A stretch of DNA of 64,000 bases from Candidatus Eremiobacteria bacterium. Lineage in GTDB: Bacteria; Vulcanimicrobiota; Vulcanimicrobiia; Vulcanimicrobiales; Vulcanimicrobiaceae. How positions within the stretch are numbered: position 1 is the stretch's first letter; the number at the start of each line of letters is the position of its first letter. The stretch spans positions 1 through 64,000 of the forward strand of contig CAVWUU010000002.1 of assembly GCA_963758295.1 (NCBI GenBank). The letters are read 5' to 3'. The position numbers and the translations under genes were made by a program. Below the pieces are notes generated by a model. It worked only from the letters and a program-made list of their open reading frames with translations, did no database searches and had not been told where the DNA came from. Below are positions 1-11,093 of the stretch, piece after piece.

Positions 1-921
1 ATCAGCCGCCAGTGCCCATTTTGTGCGGCAATGGGACCTTTCAAGACCGTGACATTACGCGAGCGTTATTTCGGAATGAACGACACTTTCGAATACATCA
101 TCTGCAGCAAGTGCAATTCGCTGTACATCGAAGATCCGGAAATCGACGTTTCGCGATATTATCCAAAAGACTATTACTCTTATGCGGGCGCCGACCGCCC
201 CGGCCTGCTGGGAACTCTAGACCGAAACGTCTTTGACCGACTCGCCAAGTCGCATGTCGCTTTTTTGCGAACCGCCGGCGCTACGGTATCGCACAAAAGC
301 TCCTTCCTTGATGTCGGTAGGGCTCAGGCATGTTGTTGCGCGTTTCATCGTCTCGGATACCGGAACGCTCGCGGCGTCGATCCATATTTGGATCCCGCCG
401 TCGACACGGGCGGAGTTCCGGTGATGCGAACGTCGTTGGGGGCCTTGGCGTCCGATCCGCTGCATCACGCAAGCGTGGACGTCATCATGTTCCATCATTC
501 GCTCGAGCATTTCGCCGAACCGGTAGAAACGCTGCGGACGGCCTCAAAGTTGCTAGCGGACAACGGCGCAATCTTGGTGCGGCTTCCAATCGTGAACTAC
601 GCGTGGGAAAAGTATGGCCCAGATTGGTTTGGATTGGAAACACCCCGTCATCTTGCGATACCGTCGGAGGCAGGGATGACCGAAGGAGCAAAGCGCGCGG
701 GCTTTACGGTGTGCGGCGTGCGTTACGACTCGGGGACCAGACAATTCGTTGCAAGCGAGGCCTATCGCAAGGGCAAATCCTTTGTTGAGGCTTTTGCGCC
801 GTCGCCTCCGAGAACGGTCTTACGGATGGTGGCCTCGATCGGTTATGCGTTGAAAGCCCGTCGCCTAAACGGGAAGCACCGCGGCGATCAGGCCGGCTTT
901 GTGTTGCGGCGGAATACCTGA
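1..921 (+). CDS. Class I SAM-dependent methyltransferase with N-terminal CxxC motifs; 5'-truncated by the window edge
   Basis: Frame open from base 1 (ISRQCPFCAAMGPF..., second CSKC). LDVG motif I, 'VDVIMFHHSLEHF', 'PRHL'. The GxG-MLLR part of motif I lies in another frame at ~320-345, which implies a compensating indel pair. Confidence 0.8.
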   Translation: MSRQCPFCAAMGPFKTVTLRERYFGMNDTFEYIICSKCNSLYIEDPEIDVSRYYPKDYYSYAGADRPGLLGTLDRNVFDRLAKSHVAFLRTAGATVSHKSSFLDVGRAQACCCAFHRLGYRNARGVDPYLDPAVDTGGVPVMRTSLGALASDPLHHASVDVIMFHHSLEHFAEPVETLRTASKLLADNGAILVRLPIVNYAWEKYGPDWFGLETPRHLAIPSEAGMTEGAKRAGFTVCGVRYDSGTRQFVASEAYRKGKSFVEAFAPSPPRTVLRMVASIGYALKARRLNGKHRGDQAGFVLRRNT

Positions 922-924
922 CCA

Positions 925-3900
925 TTGTTTGAGCGCATTAGAAGCCGGCTCAATGTATCGGCCGAACCTTCGGTCGCCCGGATTTTGACGATTGCGGTTA
1001 TTGTCGTCTTTTCCGTGATTGCATTGGCACGGGCGTGGCAATTTTATTGGTTCCACGGACTGCCCGGGCTTTATGCCAAAGATCTCGGCGTAAATTTTGC
1101 GGTCGGCGAATACATTCGCGCGTGCATTCATAGCCCACTCGACTTCTTCGATGCACTTGGGTGGAGCATCTGGTGGGATCAGCCGTTGTTTTCTTTCAAC
1201 GGATACGTCTCTTACGCCGCGATCGTTCCCGTAGCAAAAGTCATCAACAGTACTTGGGCTAGCATAAAATTCTGGGAGCTTGCGCAATCGCTTCTTGCAT
1301 TCGGAGGCACGTACGGCTTGATGCGGCTCTTTGGCCGTTCTCGCATGTGGGCGTGCATCACGGCGCTGGTCTATGCTGCAATCCCGGCAGTGGCGCTCAT
1401 GCCACGTGGCAATCTCGATCTCGGCTGGCCTACCGTCCTCGCGCCGGGCGCACTCGCAGTGGGGATCGCTTTACTACGGCGTTTCGGCGCTCGGGCCTTA
1501 CCGCTGTGCGGCGCTATTTCGAGCGCTTGCGGCCTTTGCTGCGCAATCGAGTACGCCGTATTCTTGACCGTTCCGCTGTATATCGTCCTTGTTGCATTCG
1601 CGTATGATAGGACGCGCTGGCGATCGTGGCTCGGGTTCGCTGCGCTTGGCACGATTCCAATGGTGGGCCTGTCGGCCTATTTCCTAATACCGACGTTCCG
1701 CATACATATGTTTTCCGACTCGGCGGTGCGCGCTTCCAGCCTAGCGGACGCAACGTTTACCCCATATTACAGCGAAGATTTCCTTTCGTATCTGGCGCTG
1801 ATTCCAAAAGAAGTTTTGCTTTCTCCCTCGGCGCTTTACAACGCGACGCCGCAGATTCCGGTCGCTCTCATCGGCGGCCTTTTGCTTTGGACATTCGCGA
1901 TTATTGCTCTTTTGAATCACGCTCGAACGATCTTCAAAACGACTTTCGGCGTAGCGACCACTATTGTTCTCGCTAGCCTCATCGTCTTGAGCTGCTGCGT
2001 TTTTTCCCGGTGGCGACCTCGTTTGGAAGCTCCTTGCCGCCGTGCCGGTCTTCAACGCGATTCGAACACCCGACCGTTTTTTGACGCTGCCCGTTCTTGC
2101 GATAGTCGTCTGTGGATGCGAAGGCCTGCGATTAATCTCAAAAACGGTGGCGGCTCAGAGACTGGCGGTCCCGCTGTTTCTCACCGCTATTCTGGCATCG
2201 TCGTACTACGTCGCAAATGCCCAACAGGTTTGGACAAACCAGCAAGATTACGGCCTCGAAGAGCCATCGCTCGATACGGTAAACGCAATCGCGAGCACCT
2301 TGGGGCCGCGAACGGTGCCACTTGCATTTCTCAACGGCGGTTCTCCGGAGATTATCCCGCTTATGGCGTACCGACGCCGACGTTTTCGGGCTACTGGGAT
2401 TTGGCCGCCCGCTACTCGCAAGACGGCGTGGCAATGACCGGGCTCTTCGAACGTGCCGCAGTCAAATCAGTCATCACGACGCCCACATGGGCAACAAGCG
2501 ATGCCGACGGCTATCCCGATTTCGGAAAGCTTTTGACGCGGCTCCCTTAGCACATCGTTTCTTTAAAAGCCCGGACAATGTGAGCGTCTACGTGCTTGAC
2601 CCGGACGCTCCCGTGACGCCAACGCGCATCGCATGTCTCGACGGCGGTCCCGGGCTTCTCGATCAGCTTCTGGCGGTGGACGATCTGCGGCACGTTGATT
2701 TCGTCGAGCCGCAGTCACACTGCTCGTTACGCGTTTATAGTAATCGATCGGCGAACGACGCCGATTGGCTGAAAAGCACATGGAAGCTTTCTGGTCTTGA
2801 GGTGTGCAGGTCATGCCAAGCCGTGCTCGACGCGGACTACAAGTTTTATCCCGGCCGCGAAGTCTTGAACCAGCCGTGGTACCGGCAATCGGTGGACGGC
2901 GATTCCCCTCTTTTCGATGGCCGCGGCGCCGCGGACGTGCGCTCGGGAATAGAGATGCAGCTGGCTCTTCCAAAGAATTCGCCTGGGAGCGCGCTCGCTT
3001 TTCGAATTGCTTCACACGCTTATGGTTCGCTCGTACTGCAATGCGGGGACGAGGCTTCAACCATCAGGCTTCTTCCGGAAAACGGATTCCGGTGGTTTGT
3101 TATCCAGGCGAAAAAACCGCTTTCGGGCTGTGGCAGAACGACGATAACCTTCGAAGTCGATCAAACCAAGCCGGCAAACGTTGTCGGCATTCCAGGGCGA
3201 ATTGCTTTCGACGGCGTGGTCTTTCCAAATGCAAATGGCAAGGGCGTCGCCTCTCCAACCGGTTCCATTTCCGCGTTCGCGACCGATCGCTTTTCCCCAG
3301 GTCGCGACCGCCGGTTCTTCGCGATAAATGCGCTCATGCAGCCGGCTGTCCACGAAGTGACGTCGGGCTTCTACCGCGAGAACGGCGTGTTCGCCATGTC
3401 GCCCGCGACTCGAACGGCAAAGCTGAGCTTTTTATGGAGCGGACCTGATACCAGGGCATTCATTTACGCGCGGGTTCAAGATGGTCAGAACGCTGCTTTT
3501 TCGCTCGAGGCCGGCGCAACAAGCCGAAGCTGTTGCTTCGAGAAGCATATGAAACAAGCGTCGTCGATTTTGGGATTTTGGACATCGTTGCGTAAAGGAG
3601 AGCGCATCGCAATCAGCGTGCGCCGCGGTGGTTTCCATTCGCATCCTGCGCTTGAAGCGTTCACAGCCGTAGCAAATCGCCCGCTTGCGCCATTCGGCGT
3701 TTCGCCCAGCATGTTTTCGGGAGCGTCGATTTCGCCAGCCCGGCATCCACCGCCCAGGCGAACTCGAGCGGTGCAGCCTTTGCATCGAACGCGTTTTTCT
3801 GCCGCCGGGATCACGGGAAGAAACGGAAACGCCTTGGAGTTTTCCATTCCGGCCGTTTCCGGCGCTACAACCGTATTCGCCGGCTTTGTCGGCACTGACG

Positions 3901-4657
3901 GCGACGGAACGGCGGCGGCGCACCTTTTGTGCGGCACGCGTAGAAAAACGGTTTTTATCACAGCGGATAGCGCTCGCGGCGTTTCACTCGATACCGCTGG
4001 GGCGGCATGCAGGTTGCGAATATCGTGGACCGATAAGCCCCTGACTATCGGTCGCGTGTTTTTCAATGTCACGCGGACGTCTGTTTCCGGAACGCTGCCC
4101 GTTTGGCTTCCCAAAGGATCTTACACGGTCCGCAACTACGCAAAGGACTTGCATAAGCTGCGCCAAGGTTCAATATCAATTGACGGCCTCACGGCGACGG
4201 CTGGCGCGTCGATCGACATTCGGAAGACGGGACGCCACACGCTTGCCCTCCACGATGCCGACGCACGAAGTGCGTTTGTGGCCTTCTTCCCGCGCCGTTT
4301 CGCGACTCACTTACTGGCGCTGCATCATTCGATCGCACCGCGGCGATTAGATATACCGTGAACGTGTCTAAGAAAACGGACTTGAAAGTCGCGCATCTTG
4401 ACGACGGGAATTGGGCTTTAGCCGGCATGTCAGGCACCGACTTCGGAGAACGTTGCGACCTCGTATCAACGTGCTATCCTAACGTGCTGCCGGGCGTTTA
4501 TCACCTCGTACATCGTCTGCCCGCCGCCGTCATCACTGGGATCGTGCTTACGCTTTTCAGTCTGCTTATCGCCGTATTGCCTGTTATTCCGCCTATTTCG
4601 AGGCGGTTACGCGCCGAGACGCGCGATAGCCAAGAAACATCGAACGCGCAAGCTTAG
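925..4657 (+). CDS. Large multi-pass membrane protein with long extracytoplasmic C-terminal region (YfhO/AftD-like, GT-C-like); broken by several frameshifts
   Basis: ORFs 925-2550, 2042-2437, 2322-4361 and 4358-4657 join into one protein: ~10 TM helices, 'FNAIRTPDRF' motif, soluble beta-rich region, final TM helix. Frame switches near 2010, 2350, 2547 and 4310, possibly also 3740-3790. Confidence 0.6.
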
Positions 4658-5453
4658 TGGTTCTTTGTAACGAATTGCGCGACCGCAACGGGACTACGAT
4701 ACCCTGGATCGCGAGGGCGAGCCAGCGGGCATATTTTGGAACGTGGAGAGCAATGAGCCGCCCGCGAGAAGTAAACGCAATTTCTTGCTTCTTCTCGCCT
4801 AGCTTGTCGGTTGAATAGCCGTGTCGCGGGTGTTCGACGAGACGTTTAGGGAAAACGCCCAATCTTGCGCCGGCGTCGCGCGCGCGCAGCGACAAGTCGA
4901 CGTCTTCGCTATATAAGAAAAAGCGCTCGTCGAACCCGCTAAGAGCGTGGAAGAGCGCTGTGCGCATCATAAAGGCACAGCCGGTAATCCAATCGGCATA
5001 AAACGACGACGTCGCCGAATGATGCTCTATGACCGCGCCGCGATAGGCCACCCAGCGCCCGCCCGCATAATAGAGCGCGCCGGAATCGCCGCCGATTAGC
5101 GGCGCCGACATATCCATTTTGCGTTCGCTCATCCATGCGGACATCGACTCAATCCAATTCGGTGAAGCGACGGCATCGGAGTTAAGGAATGCGAGCCAGG
5201 GAGTCGTCGCTCCAGCGGCGCCTCGATTCGCGGCGGCGCCGAATCCAAGATTCTCCAAGCTTCGCACAACGGCCAGTCGCGGATGCGCGACGAGCGTAGA
5301 AACGGAATCGTCTGTCGATCCGTTGTCAACGACATAGACCTCCACAGGAACCGTTTGTTCGAGCGCCGACAAAACGGACTGTCGAAGAAGAGGGCCGCCA
5401 TTGAAATTGACGATGATGACTCTCGCAACTAGGAACCCGGAGGAACGATTCAT
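4593..5453 (-). CDS. Glycosyltransferase family 2
   Basis: 'VIIVNFN', 'VVDNGSTD', 'NLGFGAAANRG', 'FLNSDA', 'GFDERFFLYSEDVDLSLR'. Confidence 0.9.
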   Translation of the reverse strand: MNRSSGFLVARVIIVNFNGGPLLRQSVLSALEQTVPVEVYVVDNGSTDDSVSTLVAHPRLAVVRSLENLGFGAAANRGAAGATTPWLAFLNSDAVASPNWIESMSAWMSERKMDMSAPLIGGDSGALYYAGGRWVAYRGAVIEHHSATSSFYADWITGCAFMMRTALFHALSGFDERFFLYSEDVDLSLRARDAGARLGVFPKRLVEHPRHGYSTDKLGEKKQEIAFTSRGRLIALHVPKYARWLALAIQGIVVPLRSRNSLQRTTKLARSMFLGYRASRRVTASK

Positions 5454-6462
5454 GGCTGTGTATCTACGCCGTACGCTAGGAGTTTTCGTCTTAGTTTCGT
5501 TCATGATTCTTGCCGCCCGGCCGGCGCTGGCCACTGACGATTCGGAGATCGCGCTGCTTCATCGCATTCCTGCGGAAGCTCTGGATCGTATTGCGTTCGA
5601 TGCCGCGCCCGATGCCAACGGGAACATGCAGCTCAATAAGGCGCACTGGACCAGCGTCGTCTTTCAGCGTGTGGCAATGCCCCTCATGTGGATCGGTGCT
5701 ACGGAATCAAACCAGGGAAAAGTCGACCAAGCTTGGCGGGCCGTCGACGCCGCCTTCGCGCACCAAAAACCGGACGGCAGTTTCGATACGGCGTCAGGCG
5801 ACCCAACGGCTCCGACCGACATGGCGTTCTGGCTAGAGGCGGTTTCGCACGGGATCATCGTCCTGCAGCAAAGCCCGCTGGCTGCTGCAAACCGCATGCA
5901 TATTTCTGCGGTTCTCCCTAAGATTCAGGCTGCGGCTTTATGGCTCAACAGACCGGAAGTTTCTGCTGCATTGCTTAAAGGCGACAATCTGGGCACCAAT
6001 CGCATTTTCACCGATGCTGATGCCTTCGCGTCTGCCGGATTACTTCTGCAGAACAACGCCTTAATGAGCAGCGCCGCGCGGTTTACCTCCGAAGCGCTTC
6101 ACCGAATCACGCCCGAAGGCGTCGCTTCCGAAGAAGGCGGTTTCGATTCGAGCTATCAAGCGGTCTCGTTGCTTCACGCGAGTTACCTGCAGTTTCGTAT
6201 GCCGGACGAGCGGCTCAAAGCCGCGATCGGCGCAATGCTGGCACGCGAACTACCTGCTATCGGTGCAAACGGCTCCGTAGACGTTTCGAAAAACACGCGC
6301 ACAGGTCGTGGTCAGGAGAAGGTTTACGGTCATGCAAAGCCGGTCGATCAGCGTTCGGTAATTCTAGGGCTGTATTACTCGGGACTGCTCATGGGCCGGA
6401 CGGACGCTGTGAACGCGGCCAGAAGCGTTTTTGCCTCCGCATTCCACCAAAGCGCTCCTTAG
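5452..6462 (+). CDS. Secreted hypothetical protein, predicted all-alpha (possibly alpha/alpha-toroid carbohydrate-active fold)
   Basis: Signal peptide (RR, hydrophobic stretch, ALA cleavage site). Repeated amphipathic helices with Q-x-x-DG-S-F and EEGGFDSSY turns. Confidence 0.6.
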   Translation: MAVYLRRTLGVFVLVSFMILAARPALATDDSEIALLHRIPAEALDRIAFDAAPDANGNMQLNKAHWTSVVFQRVAMPLMWIGATESNQGKVDQAWRAVDAAFAHQKPDGSFDTASGDPTAPTDMAFWLEAVSHGIIVLQQSPLAAANRMHISAVLPKIQAAALWLNRPEVSAALLKGDNLGTNRIFTDADAFASAGLLLQNNALMSSAARFTSEALHRITPEGVASEEGGFDSSYQAVSLLHASYLQFRMPDERLKAAIGAMLARELPAIGANGSVDVSKNTRTGRGQEKVYGHAKPVDQRSVILGLYYSGLLMGRTDAVNAARSVFASAFHQSAP

Positions 6463-7580
6463 AAATTCAAGGCTTCCCGTTCAATAGCCGCGGCGCGTTC
6501 CCATACGAACGTGCGCGCAAGCGCCGCGGCTTCCATGCTAAGTTTCTCCCGCGTTTCATGCTGGCTCAGAACCATTTCGCATAGCTCGGCCAACGCGCCA
6601 ACGTCCTTCAGGGGCGCTTCCAAGCGGCCGCGCGGAAAGACATCGGCGAAGACGGGAAGATCGTAAGTAACGCAAGGAAGCCCCGCCCACATTGCCTCGG
6701 CAATCGATATTCCCCATCCCTCTTCGGAACTCGGAAAAACGTACAAGGCACTCTGCCGCAAGAGTTGCCACTTTTTGGCGTCGTCGACGCGACCGTGGAA
6801 GATCACTGAGTCCTGAAGATTTAGTCGCGACACTAGGGAGACCAGCTTGTCGCGATACTCCGGCGCCCCGTCTCCCGCAATGTGCAAGCGATGTTCGGCC
6901 GTCGTTCGCTCGGTCAGTCTGGCCCAGGCAAGAATTGCATCTTCAACACGTTTGAGCGGGTCAAGCCGGCCCAGGTAAATAGCGTCTCGGCATCCACTCT
7001 TTTCCAAGAGCGGTTCGCCGCCGACTGAAACGCCGTTCGTGCTGACAAACCATCGCGCATGTCCCACAAAAAACTTCGCGTTCTCGGCGACGTAGCGGCA
7101 ATCGAAAACAAAGCGATTTACGAAAACACGAGCGACCGTTAGGGACACCAACTGGCTACACCATGCAAGCAAGTTGGAGAAGAACGGACCGCTGCGTTTA
7201 CCCGGGATGCCAAGCAAATGGTGCAACGTTACGATGGTCCGCGACGGCCGCGCCCACACCGCGGGAATGACGTCAGCGATGAAATGCGAGGTCGCAAGAA
7301 TGGCGTCCATCCGGCGCAGCTCGCCGCGTAGCTTCAATCCGCCAAACATGCGAGCCAAGCGGCTGAGCCTCCAATGCGGCATCGCTATTTCAGGAATTGC
7401 AATGAAGCGAGCCGCCGGCAACGCCTTCCGAAGTTCGTCTTCTGCTTCCCGCGGGGCGAACACGTTCAGTTCCACGTCGTGCCAGCGTTTCGCGACCTCG
7501 ATAAAGTGAACGTGACCGCCCGCGGCCAGACCAATTTCCCGGCTGTAAGAAGTAACCAATATTCCAACACGGCAGGTCAT
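6459..7580 (-). CDS. Glycosyltransferase family 4
   Basis: 'YLGRLDPLKRV', 'FPSSEEGWGISIAEAMWAGLPCV' (EX7E motif). ATGA overlap with the upstream gene. Confidence 0.92.
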   Translation of the reverse strand: MTCRVGILVTSYSREIGLAAGGHVHFIEVAKRWHDVELNVFAPREAEDELRKALPAARFIAIPEIAMPHWRLSRLARMFGGLKLRGELRRMDAILATSHFIADVIPAVWARPSRTIVTLHHLLGIPGKRSGPFFSNLLAWCSQLVSLTVARVFVNRFVFDCRYVAENAKFFVGHARWFVSTNGVSVGGEPLLEKSGCRDAIYLGRLDPLKRVEDAILAWARLTERTTAEHRLHIAGDGAPEYRDKLVSLVSRLNLQDSVIFHGRVDDAKKWQLLRQSALYVFPSSEEGWGISIAEAMWAGLPCVTYDLPVFADVFPRGRLEAPLKDVGALAELCEMVLSQHETREKLSMEAAALARTFVWERAAAIEREALNF

Positions 7581-9973
7581 GAAGCAACACTCTGCGGGCG
7601 CCGGCACACCGCAAAAAGAAAAGCGAGCACTGAAACGGCCGATGCGATGCCGTTCAACAGGTCGCTGCGCCGCTGATAGACGGAAGAAATAGTGAAAGCG
7701 GCCCCCGCGTCAGTGGGCTGCAGTTTCCATTTATTAAAGAAGCCGTGCACGCGCGACGGCCCTCCGCGATCGATGCCATTGACAAATAAGTGGAGCTCGG
7801 GCGAATAGGTTCTCGCGAGTACGAGGACCGCATTCTTCGGCAGACCATTGCCGGGAACGGCGCCGGAAAACGAAGGCGACCGATAGTGGATTGCAACGGG
7901 CACCGATCGATGCTGCCGTGCGACGGCACGAAGAGCTCTCCACGAACCGTCGGAAGAAAAGACTGCTCGAGCGACGGCAACAACCGGCTCACCGTCTACG
8001 ACCAATCGCGCCTGGGTCACGTCTTCAGACACGGATATTTCGTACCAACGGTATGGGCTCGACGAAGACAACGGAAGCGGCGTCATTTTGCGAGCATTGC
8101 ACTCAACCGTCTTTGCGACTGCCAGAACGTACAAGTAGCCGGCGCGTTTGCGCAACGGAATAATTAATGCCGTCCGCGATTTTGTGAATACCGGCACTCC
8201 GGAAGTGGCTAAGAGCTTTGGATAAGCCCAATACCACATGCGTGAAGAGACCCATGTTGCGCGAATGTCGTTGTCATCGAAGGAGTAGGAAAACGGCAAA
8301 TCATCTCCGGAAGGGACGGTAGAATCGGGCAACGCGGCATCTAGCGCCGAGGTTGAACCGGCGGTTTCAATGGTTGCTACCGGCCTTGCTTCGAAGGTTT
8401 TCGAGGAACGGAAGCGCTCTTGTAGGCGCTTCTGGGACGATATAAAGTCATCGAACGACGCACCGACGTTCGGCTCGTAATTGTTCGGGAGCCGCGAAAT
8501 GATGCCCGGGCGCCATGCGACGGTATCTAACCCCAGGTCGGAAAGCAATTGCGCCGGCTTGTCGGCGCCTACAGCGTAGTGGAGAAATAGCGGTCCATTT
8601 TCCGCTCCGGCCGCTTGCGTCGTCAAGACTGCGGGGTCCCGGCCGAACGTATCTGAAGCGCCGGTAGTACCGACCGGTTCGTCGAGCGGAAGCAAGCCGC
8701 AAAGATTCTCGACGTTATTACAGCGGCTCGACGATTGCAATGATTCCGGAACGGTGGGTACCTGACGCTCGAGACCGCCGGCAAACGGCAACGCAACGAA
8801 CAAAAGCATAACGGCGGCGAAGCGCTGCACATTGCGAGGTAAGGCCGCCAACGCAAAACTCGCCAAAAGCGTAACACAGACGGCGTATAACGCCATCACG
8901 TGATAGAACTCTCGCACCAGAGTGAAAAACGGCGAACCGTAAAGCATTGCGGACCATACGGGAGCAAGCGGCCCGAATAATCCGGTCGCCCAAACGAGGG
9001 CAAAAGCGGCGATGATAGAGATTGCGATTGCAGCGCGCCGGTAAGCCGCGCGGCGCATAGCTGCCGCTACGCCGGCCACCGCGGCAAACAGCAGAACGCA
9101 TTTCCCAAAAAGATAGACGGCACTTTCAACCCCACTCAGAGCCCGCTGATCGTAGCCAACGTATCCGCTCAAGAGCAAAGCGGCGCGAAGAGGCGTAGAG
9201 AGATCCACTTCCCATTGATACGTTGAATGTTGGGCCATGAGCCCTTGCGTTTGAGCCGGCACCGCCAAATTAACGAGCAGCACGACGTTGTGAAGCAAGC
9301 CGATCGACACGATCGGCAGACATTGCAAAAGCGCCCGCCCCGGGCGCTGCGAACTCAATGCAAAAACCGCGGCTATGATACAGCCGAAACCAACAAACTG
9401 AATCTGCGCGGACATTACTGATAAGAGCAGGCCCGCGAAGATCGAAAAGCGCCACCAACCCGATCTCCTTTCGACGGCCTTCAGAGTACAGGCGATAAAA
9501 AACGGCAGCACAGCGTAGGCGCAGACATAATATAGATGGCCAGCGACCAGTTTCTGAAAAGCGACAGGGCCGAACGCGTATGCCGCTCCCAAAGCGAACT
9601 TCGCAAACGTGTCCAAACGAACGTCCAGGATGCGCAAACACGCGTACATACCGTACTGAGCAACCGAGAGCCAGACGACCAATGCGATTGCCAGCGTCAG
9701 TTCGCTGCTCGCGCCAAAAAACGAAATGACCGCGAAGAACATTAGCGGCAAATCGACAGTCGGCGAATCCTGCGGCGAACCGAATCCGTTGGGATACCAA
9801 GCGGAGAGGCCGTTCTGGTACCAGCTAACGAATGTCTCGCGATCGGAAGGCCACAGCCAATCGTGCCGCATCCCCGGCGACCCGCTGCGCATGGCGAAAG
9901 GAACCACAATCGCAATCGCCACCAAAATGGGGACGGCTGCTGCGAGGGCCCGCGCCGCACTACTTCGGGACAT
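7577..9973 (-). CDS. Large multi-pass membrane protein (AftD/YfhO-like, GT-C-like)
   Basis: 798 aa, ~11 N-terminal TM helices ('HDW', 'AYAFGP', 'AGH', 'FTLVREFYH'), soluble domain, C-terminal TM. Same architecture as 925-4657. Confidence 0.65.
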   Translation of the reverse strand: MSRSSAARALAAAVPILVAIAIVVPFAMRSGSPGMRHDWLWPSDRETFVSWYQNGLSAWYPNGFGSPQDSPTVDLPLMFFAVISFFGASSELTLAIALVVWLSVAQYGMYACLRILDVRLDTFAKFALGAAYAFGPVAFQKLVAGHLYYVCAYAVLPFFIACTLKAVERRSGWWRFSIFAGLLLSVMSAQIQFVGFGCIIAAVFALSSQRPGRALLQCLPIVSIGLLHNVVLLVNLAVPAQTQGLMAQHSTYQWEVDLSTPLRAALLLSGYVGYDQRALSGVESAVYLFGKCVLLFAAVAGVAAAMRRAAYRRAAIAISIIAAFALVWATGLFGPLAPVWSAMLYGSPFFTLVREFYHVMALYAVCVTLLASFALAALPRNVQRFAAVMLLFVALPFAGGLERQVPTVPESLQSSSRCNNVENLCGLLPLDEPVGTTGASDTFGRDPAVLTTQAAGAENGPLFLHYAVGADKPAQLLSDLGLDTVAWRPGIISRLPNNYEPNVGASFDDFISSQKRLQERFRSSKTFEARPVATIETAGSTSALDAALPDSTVPSGDDLPFSYSFDDNDIRATWVSSRMWYWAYPKLLATSGVPVFTKSRTALIIPLRKRAGYLYVLAVAKTVECNARKMTPLPLSSSSPYRWYEISVSEDVTQARLVVDGEPVVAVARAVFSSDGSWRALRAVARQHRSVPVAIHYRSPSFSGAVPGNGLPKNAVLVLARTYSPELHLFVNGIDRGGPSRVHGFFNKWKLQPTDAGAAFTISSVYQRRSDLLNGIASAVSVLAFLFAVCRRPQSVAS

Positions 9974-11093
9974 TGGGAACAGCTAGAGACGCCAGGAGAT
10001 CGCGTTCCACGTCGGCAGCGTGCTCCCACGTGAACGTACGGGCTAAGTCCCTCGCCTGCGAAGCGAGAAGCGAATAGGTCTCCTCATCTTTGTCAAGCAA
10101 AAGCACCGCCGCGGCAAATTGCTGAACGTTTCCCGTTTCAGCACAAATCCGTCCCTCCGGAAAAACCTCTTCAAAGATCGGCAATGCATATGTTACGCAT
10201 GGCAAGCCGGAGGCCATCGCCTCAGCCACGGCAATCGCCCAGCCCTCTTCTTTGGAAGGGAATACAAAGAGCTTCGATGCTGCGAGCAGCCGGGTGCGTT
10301 CCTGATTTGACACGTCGAGGCGGAGCGTCACAAGATCCGTAAGACACTGCGCCTCGATCAATCCGCGAATCCAAGCTTCGTACTCCGGCTCGGATCGGCC
10401 GACTATCGTAAGATGCAGTGGTCTTCCTAGTTCGCGAATCTTCACCCAAGCGTAGACGAGGTCTTCAAGACCTTTGCTCGGATGGATTCGTCCCACGAAG
10501 ATCGCGCCGCTTCGTTCGGCTTCGTGTGGTCTTTCGGACAGTGCGTGTTCTACACCGTTCGTTGTAATGGCGAAGCGGGTACGGCCGGCGACCCTCAATT
10601 CTTTCGCCAAGAGGCGGCTGCCGATTATGTATCCGCCACATGCCGATGCTATGGACCGTCCGATTGCGTCGTTGACATAGGCCAAAACATTCGTGATGAA
10701 ATTGCCGGGACGTCGTAAGGGATTTTCGGCAAAGTGCCACAGCGTTACAGCAGACCGTTTGCGGCCGAATGCGAGCGCGGGCAACGTATCGGGAATCCAA
10801 TGAGAAAGCGCGAGCAATACGTCATTTTCACGTCTTAGGCGGCGAACGAGCCACATTGCGGCAATACCGCGCCGAATCAACCCCACCGCCGAGTTCTGCG
10901 TCCCGAAATCGGGTGTGGCGACGTAAGAGGCAGCGGGAAGCGCACTAAGCAGCGCAGCTCGCGCGCTTGCCGGCGCGACAATAGTAAGCTGCACGTTTTT
11001 CCATCGACGCGCCACTTCTATGAAATGCACCACTCCACCGGCGCCGTCGATGGTAGCGGGGTTAATGCTATTTAAGACTGCGACGACACGCAT
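9960..11093 (-). CDS. Glycosyltransferase family 4
   Basis: 'FVGRIHPSKGLEDL', 'FPSKEEGWAIAVAEAMASGLPCV'. Confidence 0.92.
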   Translation of the reverse strand: MRVVAVLNSINPATIDGAGGVVHFIEVARRWKNVQLTIVAPASARAALLSALPAASYVATPDFGTQNSAVGLIRRGIAAMWLVRRLRRENDVLLALSHWIPDTLPALAFGRKRSAVTLWHFAENPLRRPGNFITNVLAYVNDAIGRSIASACGGYIIGSRLLAKELRVAGRTRFAITTNGVEHALSERPHEAERSGAIFVGRIHPSKGLEDLVYAWVKIRELGRPLHLTIVGRSEPEYEAWIRGLIEAQCLTDLVTLRLDVSNQERTRLLAASKLFVFPSKEEGWAIAVAEAMASGLPCVTYALPIFEEVFPEGRICAETGNVQQFAAAVLLLDKDEETYSLLASQARDLARTFTWEHAADVERDLLASLAVPNVPK

